Shown here piece after piece: positions 10,678 through 20,905 of a stretch of 64,000 nucleotides of DNA; the stretch's first letter is position 1; every line of letters begins with the position of its first letter. The position numbers and the translations under genes were made by a program. The stretch comes from Acidobacteriota bacterium (GTDB lineage Bacteria; Acidobacteriota; UBA6911): assembly GCA_963664705.1 (NCBI GenBank), contig OY761556.1:864001-928000 (forward strand), in the 5' to 3' direction. The notes under the pieces are model-generated. The model saw only the letters and a program-made list of their open reading frames with translations, was not told the origin of the DNA and made no database searches.

Positions 10678-12834
10678 TTATCGAGGCTTGGAAATAATTA
10701 TTCTCGCGTCGACGGCAATGCAGCCGTCGGTGTAGGGGAAGACCGGGTTGAAGTCCACTTCCTCAATCTGCGGCTGTTCTTCCAGCAGTTTTCCCAGCGA
10801 GACGAGGACGTTGGCAATCGACTCCACGTTCATCGGGCCTCTGCCGCGCACTCCTTTGATCAAGGCCGGCGGGAGCGTTCCAAGGATCAGCTTTTTCGCA
10901 TCATCAAAAGTGAGGGGGGCGAGGCGGAAGCCAACCATTTTCAACGCCTCTACATAAATCCCTCCCATGCCGAACATTACCGTCGGTCCGAAGGATTTAT
11001 CCCGGAGCGCTCCGATTACGAGTTCCGTGTTCGAAGGCATCATCTTCTGAATCAATACACTCATCTTGGTCAGCTTGGGCGCTGCTTTTTTTATATTTGC
11101 GACGAGCTGTTCATAGGATGTTTTCAAAGCGTCATCCGATGTTATTCCCAGCATGACGCCGCCGGCATCTGTCTTGTGGAGAATTTCTTCCGAAACCACC
11201 TTTAATGCAACCGGGTATCCAATTTCCTTGGCGGCCGCAATGGCATTGTCGATGGAATCCGTTACGCGGAAGGGCGGCACCTTGATGCCGTACTCCGTGC
11301 ATACTTCGTAGGCTTCAGGTTCCAGCAGGCTGACCCGATCTTTCTTTAGAGCCCCAGCAATAATTCCCGCGGATTGGTTTTTCGGATTGGGCTGGTATTG
11401 AGGACTATCGGCTTTTTCGGAATGGGCTTTGCGGTAAGCTCCGTATGTCGCCATGTTTCCGGCAACCCTGGCCAGCATATCGGAATACTCGAAGGTGGGC
11501 AAACCCGCATCCTCCAAACCCTGCCTTGCGTTGAAGGCAAACTCTCCGAAAGTCACGGCATTCAGAAACGTCTTCCCGCCTTGCTGCGCCTGGCAGGCTT
11601 CCGCAATTTCCTTCACCAGGAGTTTCTGGTCGAGAAATGCGCTCGGTGCCAGGATCTGCAGTACCATATCAATGTTCTTATCTTGGAACAGTATTTGCAG
11701 GACCTGGTTGTGGAGCTTTTCGTAATGAGCCGCAGTCAAATCGACATATCCGTCAGGGTGGCCGATATTAGCCATCGGGGCACAAATGCTCTTCAATGTT
11801 TTTTCGGTTTCGGGCGAAAGCTTCGCCAGTTGCAGTTCCTGGGTTGCAGAGAGCTCATCCATGCAGATGGTTCCCGGTCCGCCCATATGCGTGAGAATGG
11901 ACACTCGATTGCCTGTTGGAACCGGCTGTTTCGCAAAGGCTCGCACGGTGTCGTAGAATTCAAGAATGGTCCTGGCGCGGATAATGCCCGCTTGTTTGAA
12001 TGCGCCTTCGTAAATGGCATCGGATCCGGCCACCGAACCGGTATGAGACAGCGCAGCCTTTGAGCCGATGTCGCTTTTCCCGGTTTTCATGACCACGATG
12101 GGCTTTACCGCACTGACTTCGCGCGCGATTTCAAAAAACTCCCTTGGGTTCGAGAACCCTTCCATGTACAGCGCGATAACGCGCGTGGACTCATCATCTT
12201 TGAGATAGCTCAGGAGTTCGCCCATGGTGACGTCAGCCATGTTTCCAATAGAAGCGAACTTGCTGAGGCCGATCAGGCGCATTCTCTCGGCCCAGAAAAC
12301 AAACGAATTGGCGAAGGCTCCGCTCTGAGTCAGGATGCTTACTCCGCCTTTGGGATAGGTGGCAATGTCGAAATTTGTGTTGAATCCGCTGTAGGTATCG
12401 AATACGCCAACGCAATTAGGCCCGATGAGTCTGATCCCGGAGGATCTTAGGGACTGGACAAGATCATGTTCCCGCTTTTTTCCCTCCGGAGTGCCCAATT
12501 CTCCAAATCCCGCAGACATGCAAATGGCGGCGGTGACATCGTTGTGTTTGCTCTTTCGCTGAACGAGTTCCTGGGCGACCTGCATCGTTAGATCTGCGGA
12601 GACGAGCAAAACGCAGGCATCCACCGGTTCCGGGATTTCCAGCATGTTTTTATAGCAGCGATGGCCCAGAATGGATTCCTCTCGCGGATTAATCGGGAAG
12701 ATTTTACCCTGATAGCCCATGGCGATAAGGTTCTTAAATGCTGTATTGCCAACCTTTTTGGGATCAGAGGACGCTCCGACAATGGCTACGCTTTTCGGCC
12801 TAAAGAATGCGTCTAATGAAGAAATCTGTCCCAT
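10678..12834 (-). CDS. ADP-forming acyl-CoA synthetase, fused alpha-beta
   Basis: AIVGAS, GPNC.G, SHTGS (phospho-His) and ATP-grasp ILHKTD/FGP.VMFG.GG motifs. No GNAT domain. Confidence 0.92.
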   Translation of the reverse strand: MGQISSLDAFFRPKSVAIVGASSDPKKVGNTAFKNLIAMGYQGKIFPINPREESILGHRCYKNMLEIPEPVDACVLLVSADLTMQVAQELVQRKSKHNDVTAAICMSAGFGELGTPEGKKREHDLVQSLRSSGIRLIGPNCVGVFDTYSGFNTNFDIATYPKGGVSILTQSGAFANSFVFWAERMRLIGLSKFASIGNMADVTMGELLSYLKDDESTRVIALYMEGFSNPREFFEIAREVSAVKPIVVMKTGKSDIGSKAALSHTGSVAGSDAIYEGAFKQAGIIRARTILEFYDTVRAFAKQPVPTGNRVSILTHMGGPGTICMDELSATQELQLAKLSPETEKTLKSICAPMANIGHPDGYVDLTAAHYEKLHNQVLQILFQDKNIDMVLQILAPSAFLDQKLLVKEIAEACQAQQGGKTFLNAVTFGEFAFNARQGLEDAGLPTFEYSDMLARVAGNMATYGAYRKAHSEKADSPQYQPNPKNQSAGIIAGALKKDRVSLLEPEAYEVCTEYGIKVPPFRVTDSIDNAIAAAKEIGYPVALKVVSEEILHKTDAGGVMLGITSDDALKTSYEQLVANIKKAAPKLTKMSVLIQKMMPSNTELVIGALRDKSFGPTVMFGMGGIYVEALKMVGFRLAPLTFDDAKKLILGTLPPALIKGVRGRGPMNVESIANVLVSLGKLLEEQPQIEEVDFNPVFPYTDGCIAVDARIIISKPR

Positions 12835-12989
12835 ACGTCTCTCCCGTTTCTGTCCATAATTGTTTTAAGTAGGGCACTTTCCATCCCTTGAGCGGTTCCC
12901 AAGGCAAAGAGCAAATAATCCTGTTCCAGATAATCGGGTTACGTTATCAACATGTTTGATTAGGCGTCAAGAAGCAATTTTGCCGCTGG

Positions 12990-13006
12990 GTTCCATCTGC
13001 TGGAAC
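12990..13006. promoter_or_regulatory. Perfect palindrome GTTCCA-N5-TGGAAC, candidate IclR-type operator
   Basis: Matches the motif repeated at 30029-31552. Sits in a divergent intergenic region. Confidence 0.6.
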
Positions 13007-13033
13007 ATGGGTCCAGGCATGGGCATTTCGTCC

Positions 13034-13063
13034 TTGACTATGATTCTCGGTCCCTCCTATTCT
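13034..13063 (+). promoter_or_regulatory. Candidate sigma70 promoter TTGACT-18-TATTCT
   Basis: Near-consensus hexamers, about 415 bp upstream of the thiolase start. Confidence 0.4.
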
Positions 13064-13478
13064 ATCTCCCGGAATCTGAGATTTTGCTGCGCATGCACTA
13101 TCTTATTCAGTGCGCGTGTGTGATTTCGAAGAAGTGAACCGACAAGAAGCGGGTAAGGCGTAGGCCAGTGGGTGGCGACTCCTCCCCGTAGCCGCCGTGA
13201 AATAGAATCCCCATGTTTACCAGCGTGATTTTTTTCAGAGTCGGCAGCTTGTTATGGAACTGCCTCGAGTAGACTGGGCTTGGAAAGCGGTCATGCTGTG
13301 ATGGTGTTAAAACAATGCATCAATGTTGATGGGAGAAGATATCCTTCGGTTTTGCGGAAAGCGTATGACCTGTTTCAAAGAGCCAATAGCTTTGCATTCC
13401 TATCTTCATTACCTAAAGGCCCCAAGGCAAGAGCCTGACCAAGAGAGTCGCTAAGGATTTATTCGAAAGGAGCTGGAA

Positions 13479-14666
13479 ATGTTTAAAAATGTATATGTTC
13501 CCTACAAAGGATACTGGAGCTCACCTTTTTGTAAATGGCAGGAATCGCTGCAGAATCAGCATGCTGTAAAACTGGCCGCTTCCACGGCGAAGAAATTTTT
13601 TGAATTGCGCGGGATCACGCCGGACATCTTTGACGGCATCGTTTTCGGCACGACTATTCCGCAGAAAATGTGGTTTTATGATGCCCCGTGGTTTGCCACG
13701 CTGATGGGCAATCCAAATATCAGCGGCCCCCGGATTTCTCAGGCATGCGCTACGTCCACAGTTTCGATCAATGTTGCTTCATCCTTCATTGAAGCGGGGA
13801 ACAATTCCAACATGCTGGTGGCCACTGCTGACCGGTCATCGAATTGCCCGAACATTCTCTGGCCGAATCCGGCAGGTCTCGGTGGCAAGCCGGATTTCGA
13901 GAGCTGGATGCTGGATGGCTTTAACTTTGAGCCGACAGGCGACACAGGTCCACTGGGCACAGCCAATAACGTTGTAAAGGAACATGGCATTACCCGAGAA
14001 GAGTCCGATGCCCTGGTTCTGGATCGATATAACAAATACCTGATGTCAACCGCGAATGACCGCGAATTCCAGAAGCGCTATATGCTTCCGGTTGAAGTCG
14101 TAATTTCCAAGAAAAAATCCATATTCGTTGAAGCGGACGAGGGCATTTCTCCGTGCACAGCTGAAGGCCTGGCCGCTCTTAGACCGATGCCGGATTCGAT
14201 TATGACTGTTGGCGCCCAGACACACGCCGCCGATGGCAATGCCGGTATGATTATCACCACCAAGGACAAGGCTGCTTCGCTGTCCGCTGACAAGAGCGTG
14301 ACCATCCAGATCCTTTCCTATGGTTTTGCGCGCGTGAAGAAAGCCCACATGCCGGATGCCCCAGTTCCAGCTTCGCAGAATGCTTTGGAAAAAGCGGGGA
14401 TCAAGGTTTCCGATCTCAAGGCTGTCAAAACCCACAATCCGTTTTCCGTCAATGACATCATCATGAGAAAACAGATGGGGATCGATGAGAAGATCTTCAA
14501 CAATTACGGAAGCTCTCTGATTTTCGGACACCCCCAGGGCCCAACGGTAATGAGATTGGCCATCGAATGCATCGAAGAGCTGGTTATCAAGGGCGGCGGT
14601 TATGGACTCGTGGCCGGTTGCGCCGCAGGCGATTCAGGTGCCGCTATTGTGCTCAAAGTGAACTAA
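13479..14666 (+). CDS. Thiolase family protein (atypical HNPF subtype)
   Basis: QACATS, ADGNA, KTHNPF, GHPQG and GCAAG motifs. AAGGAG RBS. Confidence 0.92.
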   Translation: MFKNVYVPYKGYWSSPFCKWQESLQNQHAVKLAASTAKKFFELRGITPDIFDGIVFGTTIPQKMWFYDAPWFATLMGNPNISGPRISQACATSTVSINVASSFIEAGNNSNMLVATADRSSNCPNILWPNPAGLGGKPDFESWMLDGFNFEPTGDTGPLGTANNVVKEHGITREESDALVLDRYNKYLMSTANDREFQKRYMLPVEVVISKKKSIFVEADEGISPCTAEGLAALRPMPDSIMTVGAQTHAADGNAGMIITTKDKAASLSADKSVTIQILSYGFARVKKAHMPDAPVPASQNALEKAGIKVSDLKAVKTHNPFSVNDIIMRKQMGIDEKIFNNYGSSLIFGHPQGPTVMRLAIECIEELVIKGGGYGLVAGCAAGDSGAAIVLKVN

Positions 14667-14697
14667 TACGCAGACGATACGTGAAGGAGAAATCCAA

Positions 14698-16707
14698 ATG
14701 ACGGTAAAAAATCTGTATCCAGTTTTTCAGAATCCTTACCTGATTAAGCCCACCCGGCCCATCCCCAAGGAAATGGCCGTGGTCGGATCCGGAACCATCG
14801 GTCCCGATATTGCCTATGGTTTTCGCGTTGCTTTTCCTCAAATGAAGCTGTTCCTCGTGGACGTAGCGGAAGAGCCCCTCAAGAAGGCAAAGGCACGCTT
14901 TGAAGGCTATGCCCAAAAGGGCGTGGAAAGAAAAACGATCAAGCCCGAGCTGGTGGAAGCAATCCTGGGCGGTATCGTGTACACCACCGATTACAGCCAG
15001 CTGAAAAACTGCGAACTCGTGATCGAAGCCGCGACGGAAAACCTGGATCTGAAAAAGAAGATCCTCTCGCAGATCGAAGCAGTCGTGAGTAAGGATGCGA
15101 TCATCACATCCAACACCAGCGGTATCCTGGCGCATCAGATCTTCAGCCATCTGAACAACCCGGAAAGAACCACGAACACCCATTTCTTCGAACCGGCATG
15201 GCGTAGCATGGGAGTCGAGGTCATCAACTGGGAAAAGGCGAATCCTGAGACCGTTAACTGGCTGCTCTGGTTCTTCGCCCAAGCGGGCAAAGCTCCGATT
15301 GCGGCACAGGATGCATTTTCCTTTGTGCTTAATAGATTGTTTGAAACCTGGGGCAGTGAGACTGCCTGGATGCTGCCAAAGGCCACCAGCAAGGAAATCG
15401 ACTTCATCAGCGAACAGTTCCTGGGCGCTGGTCCTTTCGGTATTATGACCAATCCTCTGACCTATTCATCCATGATGAGAAGAACGGCTGAAGGAGAGTG
15501 CTACACTCCGTCCAGACTGCTCTTGTCCGTCGATAAATGGGCTGCGAACAAGCCCCGCACCAAGGTTGAGGTGGATCCTGAGCTGGCAGAATGGATTCGC
15601 ATGCGCTTCCTCGGATGCGTCTTCTCCCAGGCTTTCGATATCGCCGACAGAAATATCGGTACCAGCAGCGATCTGAATTTCGGCAGCATGATCGCTCTGG
15701 GCTACAAAAAGGGCATCTTCGATCTGATGGCCAGCCTTGGAGCCGAAAAGGTGAAAGGCTACATCGAAAAGTTCGATAAGGAACGTCCTGGTTACCCGAA
15801 GCCGGCAAAGCCCATTCAGGATTACCTCGATTTCCCGCGCGACATCCTGGTCGACAAAAAGGATGGCATCATCATCCTGACTCAGCGCAGGCCGCAGGCA
15901 GCCAATGCTCTGAGCGACAAAACCTGCAACGAGATTCTTGCCGAGCTCAAGAAGGGCGAGGCGGATTCTTCCGTGAAGGGATTTGTGATTACCGGTTACG
16001 GCCCGAAGGCTTTCTGCGCGGGCGCCGATATCGGCGGATTCGTGGCGACTTTCGGCAATCACGAGAAGGGACAGGCGTTGTCTCGTGGAAATTCCAAAGT
16101 CCTCGAATACATCGACAAGATGAGCAAGCCCGTGGTTGCAGCTCTCAACGGACTTGCCATGGGCGGCGGCACGGAACTTGCCACTCGCTGCCACAGCATG
16201 GTTGCGATGGAAAAGGCCTTCATGCAACTGCCGGAAATCACCCTGGGCATGATCCCCGGGATGGGCGGTGTTGTGATCCCGTATCGTAGATGGCCCAAAG
16301 CCGCTGCGAAATTCCATGCCATGATCAGCCAGTCCGAAAGACTGACGGTTCAAGAGGCAGCGGAAATCGGAATCGTGAAGAAGATCGTCAAGACCTTCCC
16401 CGAGTTGATTGATGCGGCAATCGCTGAAGTCAACGCGCTCCAGGGAAATGTCCCCAGAATTCCAGATGGACCGGTGGATATCCCCGAGTACAAGATCCCG
16501 GATGCCCCTATGGCCGGTGAACTTCCGCTCAGCAAGGAAATCCTTGGCATCATCTTCGGCATCGTCAGCAAGGCAGCCAAAGCCAAGACCCTGGCTGAAG
16601 CGCTGGAAATTGCCTATCTCGGTGCCGGCGACATTTCCTGCGCCCCGGATTGCAAGGAAGGCGTCAACGCATTCTTGGAAAAGAGAAAGCCCAACTTCGC
16701 CAAATAG
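14698..16707 (+). CDS. 3-hydroxyacyl-CoA dehydrogenase / enoyl-CoA hydratase fusion (HAD N-terminal)
   Basis: GSGTIG, EAATENLDLK, SNTS and HFF, followed by FCAGADI, GGGTE and LPEITLG. Confidence 0.92.
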   Translation: MTVKNLYPVFQNPYLIKPTRPIPKEMAVVGSGTIGPDIAYGFRVAFPQMKLFLVDVAEEPLKKAKARFEGYAQKGVERKTIKPELVEAILGGIVYTTDYSQLKNCELVIEAATENLDLKKKILSQIEAVVSKDAIITSNTSGILAHQIFSHLNNPERTTNTHFFEPAWRSMGVEVINWEKANPETVNWLLWFFAQAGKAPIAAQDAFSFVLNRLFETWGSETAWMLPKATSKEIDFISEQFLGAGPFGIMTNPLTYSSMMRRTAEGECYTPSRLLLSVDKWAANKPRTKVEVDPELAEWIRMRFLGCVFSQAFDIADRNIGTSSDLNFGSMIALGYKKGIFDLMASLGAEKVKGYIEKFDKERPGYPKPAKPIQDYLDFPRDILVDKKDGIIILTQRRPQAANALSDKTCNEILAELKKGEADSSVKGFVITGYGPKAFCAGADIGGFVATFGNHEKGQALSRGNSKVLEYIDKMSKPVVAALNGLAMGGGTELATRCHSMVAMEKAFMQLPEITLGMIPGMGGVVIPYRRWPKAAAKFHAMISQSERLTVQEAAEIGIVKKIVKTFPELIDAAIAEVNALQGNVPRIPDGPVDIPEYKIPDAPMAGELPLSKEILGIIFGIVSKAAKAKTLAEALEIAYLGAGDISCAPDCKEGVNAFLEKRKPNFAK

Positions 16708-16726
16708 TTGAAGCTTGGTTGGCAGT

Positions 16727-16768
16727 AGTCGCCAGTCGTCAGCGAGATATCGCCGATGACTGGCGATT
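16727..16768. terminator. Hairpin with AGTCG(C/T)C 7-bp units followed by a T-tract; overlaps the MFS stop codon
   Basis: agtcgccagtcgtcagcga / tcgccgatgactggcgatt followed by a T run. Confidence 0.7.
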
Positions 16769-17950
16769 TTTTTTTGTGTTCTCCGTGATGATCAGGACAA
16801 TCAGGGCGATGGCAACGAATCCTGCGCCCGTCCAGCAAACCCCATTCCATCCAAATCTCTCGTACATCGCAGCGCCCGTTTGCGAGCCTATGGCGCCGCC
16901 AAGGAAATAGAGGGTCATATATCCGGTGGTCAGCCTGGATCGAGATCCCGGATTCAGCCGGTAAATCTCACTTTGGTTGGTGATCTGCATTCCGTGAACT
17001 CCGAAGTCCATCAGGATAATCCCGAATACCAGCCAGGCCAGACTGTCGGCTCCAAGCGCGATTGGCAGCCAGGAGACGAGCGTGCACAGGAGAAATGCAG
17101 GGGTCTGGTATCGTGCCCAGCCACGGTCTGCAAGGCGACCGGCTACGGGCGAAGCAATAACGCCGGATACCGCTACCAGTCCGAATAAGCCAATGATTCT
17201 GGCGGAGTAATGATAGGGAGAGCCGGACAGTAGAAACGAAGCCGTTGTCCAGAAGGCTGAAAATCCGGCGAATACGCAGGCGCCATAAATCGAGCGGTGC
17301 TGAAGCACGCGTTCCGTCCGCAAAAGATGCCAGACGCTCTTCATCAGGTGCGAATAGGAGGGAACGCCGATCTCCCGGTGTACAGGCAGTTCCCGGTGCA
17401 ATACGCAAACCAGCGCGAAGACAAGAAGTGCTGCCAGGATATAGATAGCGCGCCAGCCAAGATAGTCCGCAACAAATCCTGCAAATGTGCGGGCGGTAAG
17501 CATCCCGATGAGCAGCCCGCTCATAACCGTTCCTACCACGAGACCGCGCTCATGCTCAGCGGCCAAGGATGCGGAAAATGGCACCGCCACCTGGGCGACA
17601 ACCGAGGTCACGCCGACAATGAGACTGGCCATGGCCAGCACGACCAGATTGGGCGAAAAAGCAGCGGCAAACAGGCCGATTGCTGAAATGCCAAGCAGTC
17701 CCGTGATCAGACGGCGACGCTCCAGCAGATCACCCAGAGGCACGACTGCAGCCAGACCCAGCGCATAGCCGACCTGGCTGGAAGTGACTAGAAGGCTGGT
17801 GGCGCGCCGAGTGACATTCAGATGATGCGAAATGATCGCAAGAAGCGGTTGAGCATAATAATTACTGGCAACGGCAGTTCCGGCGGTAACCGCCAGCAGG
17901 AGAACCAGCCGTCGTTGTATCGAATCCGATTCACGGAGGGGAGAATGCAT
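16739..17950 (-). CDS. MFS transporter
   Basis: About 12 hydrophobic segments; YYAQPLL, GDLLERRR and GRLADRG motifs. Confidence 0.92.
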   Translation of the reverse strand: MHSPLRESDSIQRRLVLLLAVTAGTAVASNYYAQPLLAIISHHLNVTRRATSLLVTSSQVGYALGLAAVVPLGDLLERRRLITGLLGISAIGLFAAAFSPNLVVLAMASLIVGVTSVVAQVAVPFSASLAAEHERGLVVGTVMSGLLIGMLTARTFAGFVADYLGWRAIYILAALLVFALVCVLHRELPVHREIGVPSYSHLMKSVWHLLRTERVLQHRSIYGACVFAGFSAFWTTASFLLSGSPYHYSARIIGLFGLVAVSGVIASPVAGRLADRGWARYQTPAFLLCTLVSWLPIALGADSLAWLVFGIILMDFGVHGMQITNQSEIYRLNPGSRSRLTTGYMTLYFLGGAIGSQTGAAMYERFGWNGVCWTGAGFVAIALIVLIITENTKKNRQSSAISR

Positions 17951-18096
17951 AAATTCCTATTGTGAAACGTCGGATTATATCACGCCAAATTTCCAATATC
18001 GGCGTTCGACCCGATACTGAAAATTTTTCACCGGATTTCACGAGTGGGAGTTTTTATTGTATAGTCACAATCGGAAAACTTGATGAAGGGACCAAG

Positions 18097-18870
18097 ATGC
18101 TGGAGCTAAAAAACCTGGCCAAATACAGGCGTTATCTGATTGAAGATGCCAACCTGCTGGTGGTGCGCGGGAGCATTATGCCGATAATCGCGGGGATGCG
18201 CGAATATGATTCTCGCCACAGGATCACCCCTCCACCCGAAAAATTGGATGCTCTGATTCAGGAGCTTCTGGCAACGACAGCGCTTTCGGCGATTTCGCTT
18301 GCCGACAGGGAATCCTGGGGGTGGTCGCTTACATTCAGGGGGATGAATGTAGGATTTTTCGTGGGGATTGAGCCGGAGGGAATGGTCTGCCTGAAGATTC
18401 TGGACGCTGAATCGGAAAGGGTCTCGGTTATGGTCCAAAGACAGAAGGCCGGGCTGCCAATGACCCAGAGCCATATCAAGGCGCGCACCACGAGTCCGCG
18501 TGCGATGGTCGAACAGTATTTCGCCGAGGTGGATCAGACGGGAACTCGACTTGAAGTAAGGGAAAATGGAGACGGCATTCTTGTGCAGGCCCTGCCCGGA
18601 GGCAATTTTGACGCGGTGCGTTCTCTTGATGACGATGCATTGTTTGCGTATCTCGACACTGCATTAAGTGGCGGACGTGTTAAAGCCCTCGATGAAGTAC
18701 TGCTGTTTTATGAATGCCGGTGTTCGGAAGATATGATTATCCGGATGGTGGATAACATGAGCGAAATGGATCGCAAAGATATCTTCGGCGATTTGCCGTA
18801 TGTATCGATCGAGTGCCCTCGATGCGGCCGAGCCTACACTGTGACAAGAACCGACATAAGCATTCACTGA
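18097..18870 (+). CDS. Hsp33 (HslO)-like redox chaperone, divergent
   Basis: C-terminal CRC-x~30-CPRC zinc motif and GILVQALP. Confidence 0.72.
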   Translation: MLELKNLAKYRRYLIEDANLLVVRGSIMPIIAGMREYDSRHRITPPPEKLDALIQELLATTALSAISLADRESWGWSLTFRGMNVGFFVGIEPEGMVCLKILDAESERVSVMVQRQKAGLPMTQSHIKARTTSPRAMVEQYFAEVDQTGTRLEVRENGDGILVQALPGGNFDAVRSLDDDALFAYLDTALSGGRVKALDEVLLFYECRCSEDMIIRMVDNMSEMDRKDIFGDLPYVSIECPRCGRAYTVTRTDISIH

Positions 18871-18879
18871 GCTGAACCA

Positions 18880-19656
18880 ATGTGCCTGATCTTTGTGGCG
18901 GTTGAAGCCCATCCAAAATACCGACTGATCATTGCCGCTAATCGCGATGAATTCTACGATCGACCATCCGCGCCCGCCTCCTTTTGGTCTGACGCGCCAT
19001 GGCTGCTCGCGGGCAGAGATCTTCGAGCCGGCGGCACATGGTTGGGCGTTACCAGGAATGGACGCTTTGCGGCCTTGACCAACTACAGAGATCCGGAGTC
19101 GAACCGAGTTACTGCGCCTTCTCGAGGACACCTGGTTTCCGATTTTCTGCTCGGCGCGATGGAGTCTGCGGATTATCTGGCGCATCTGTGCCCGAATGCT
19201 CATCAATATAACGGGTTCAACCTTCTTGCAGGACAAGGCGCGGATTTGCATTGCTACTCCAGCAGCACGGGAGAAATCCAATCGCTTGAGCCTGGAATTC
19301 ACGGCTTGAGCAACCACCTGATGGATACCCCATGGCCCAAGGTAAAAAAGGGAAAACAGTCGTTGCAGTTGCTGCTGGCTGAAAAGGATGTTTGCCCTGA
19401 GGACCTGTTCCGCCTTCTCCATGACAATGAAGCCGCGCCGGATGAGTCGCTGCCGGATACGGGCGTAGGCCTGGCCTTGGAGCGTATGCTGTCTCCCGTT
19501 TTTATCAACAGTCCTGACTACGGCACACGGTCATCCACCGTGCTTCTGATGGAGCAATCCGGCAGGGTCACGTTTGTTGAGAAATCGTTTCGGGATGGTT
19601 CCGGGCCTCCGTCCACGGTTGAATTCTCGTTCATGTCGGGAATCGATTTGCCCTGA
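18880..19656 (+). CDS. NRDE/TANGO2 family protein
   Basis: MCLIF, NRDEF, GGTWLG, GLSN and YGTRSST motifs. Confidence 0.93.
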   Translation: MCLIFVAVEAHPKYRLIIAANRDEFYDRPSAPASFWSDAPWLLAGRDLRAGGTWLGVTRNGRFAALTNYRDPESNRVTAPSRGHLVSDFLLGAMESADYLAHLCPNAHQYNGFNLLAGQGADLHCYSSSTGEIQSLEPGIHGLSNHLMDTPWPKVKKGKQSLQLLLAEKDVCPEDLFRLLHDNEAAPDESLPDTGVGLALERMLSPVFINSPDYGTRSSTVLLMEQSGRVTFVEKSFRDGSGPPSTVEFSFMSGIDLP

Positions 19657-19843
19657 TAACGGTGGTTTCCGTGCAGCGGCAGATGCTGATCCGCGCCGGA
19701 TCGTTCTGTCTCATTTACCCGGCTTGCGAAAAAAGGGAAATGGGAATCTCGTCCGCTGCCGATTCATTTAGCACTTAGAGGGTATGCATTTTTCTGTGAT
19801 AAGATGCAGACATTTCATTTCAAAATGACAGGAGAATTTCCTC

Positions 19844-20677
19844 ATGTTTAGAACACGGCTGTTAATGTCCATGATCCTTGCCGCATTCTTTGCATTTTGT
19901 GTCCAGGCCGAAGAGACGGATATGAAGGGCAGCCAGGATCATCCGCTTTTGACGCGCATGCAAAACATGTACATTACGGTGTACAAGACCTCGGAGTTCG
20001 ATCAGTTCGCTTTCAGAACCGGACCCAAATTGGCCACCACTCCTGTGGAAGGGAAAAAGTTCGAGATCCGATATGTTGCCAAGGCCGGAGCGGTGCCTCC
20101 TACCCCGGTCGCCGTTATCCGTAACCACCAGCAGGCTATTGCCAAGATCGGTGGATCTACTGTCTTTGAAGACGCGAGATATGCCACGCTGAAAGTTGTC
20201 AAGGACGGGAAAGAGATTTGGATCCAGGTCGATACCGCATGGGGGAGGGGATACTTTTTGACCATCGTAGAGAAACAGGCGATGGTTCAGGAAGTGACCG
20301 CGAATGCAGACTTTTTTAAATCCGGCTTGAATTCTACCGGCCACGTCGAAGTTCCGGGGATCTTTTTCGATACGGGGAAATCCATCCTGAAGCCCGAATC
20401 GGATGCTGCGGTGGCTGAAGTTGCCAAGTTGCTGCAGGCGGACGCCGCACTGAAGGTTTATGTAGTGGGTCATACGGACAATGTGGCTGCGCTGGACCTC
20501 AATATGAAACTGTCTCAGGCCCGAGCGGAGGCTGTGGTGCAGGCGCTTGTTACAAAACATGGCATTGCCGCCGCGCGCTTAACCGGCCGTGGCGCGGGTC
20601 CCCTTTGCCCGGTGGCCAGCAATGATGCCGAAGAGGGGCGTGCCAAGAACCGCCGCGTGGAGCTGGTCAAACAGTAG
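19844..20677 (+). CDS. Secreted OmpA-family peptidoglycan-binding protein
   Basis: Signal peptide; GHTD, LSQARA and NRRVE motifs. Confidence 0.92.
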   Translation: MFRTRLLMSMILAAFFAFCVQAEETDMKGSQDHPLLTRMQNMYITVYKTSEFDQFAFRTGPKLATTPVEGKKFEIRYVAKAGAVPPTPVAVIRNHQQAIAKIGGSTVFEDARYATLKVVKDGKEIWIQVDTAWGRGYFLTIVEKQAMVQEVTANADFFKSGLNSTGHVEVPGIFFDTGKSILKPESDAAVAEVAKLLQADAALKVYVVGHTDNVAALDLNMKLSQARAEAVVQALVTKHGIAAARLTGRGAGPLCPVASNDAEEGRAKNRRVELVKQ

Positions 20678-20704
20678 CCTCGAACTGTCGTCAAAGGTCT
20701 CCTT

Positions 20705-20805
20705 CGGGGACGTTCCGCTCGCTCCTCCCATTTTTCAGTATCCACGGCACCCAGCCGGATTGCTGAAAATAGGAGAATGCGTGAGGAATGTCCCCGTTTT
20801 TTTTT
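20705..20805. repeat. Long imperfect inverted repeat (GGGGACGTTCC..GGAATGTCCCC) with T9 tail; terminator or REP-like
   Basis: About 40-bp imperfect arms followed by T run 20797-20805. Confidence 0.7.
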
Positions 20806-20905
20806 AGTCCAGCTTCCGGTTTGAAGTAAAATCCGCTCTGCGAAGCTCGAACTTGAGAGCGCAGATTCCAAATAATTGCCTGCCCTTTTTGTGGAGGTTC
20901 ATTCC

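Noticed and set aside
10678-12834. Protein lysine acetyltransferase (Pat/YfiQ)
   Set aside because: No GNAT domain, and both phospho-His motifs are retained, so an ADP-forming ligase is more likely.
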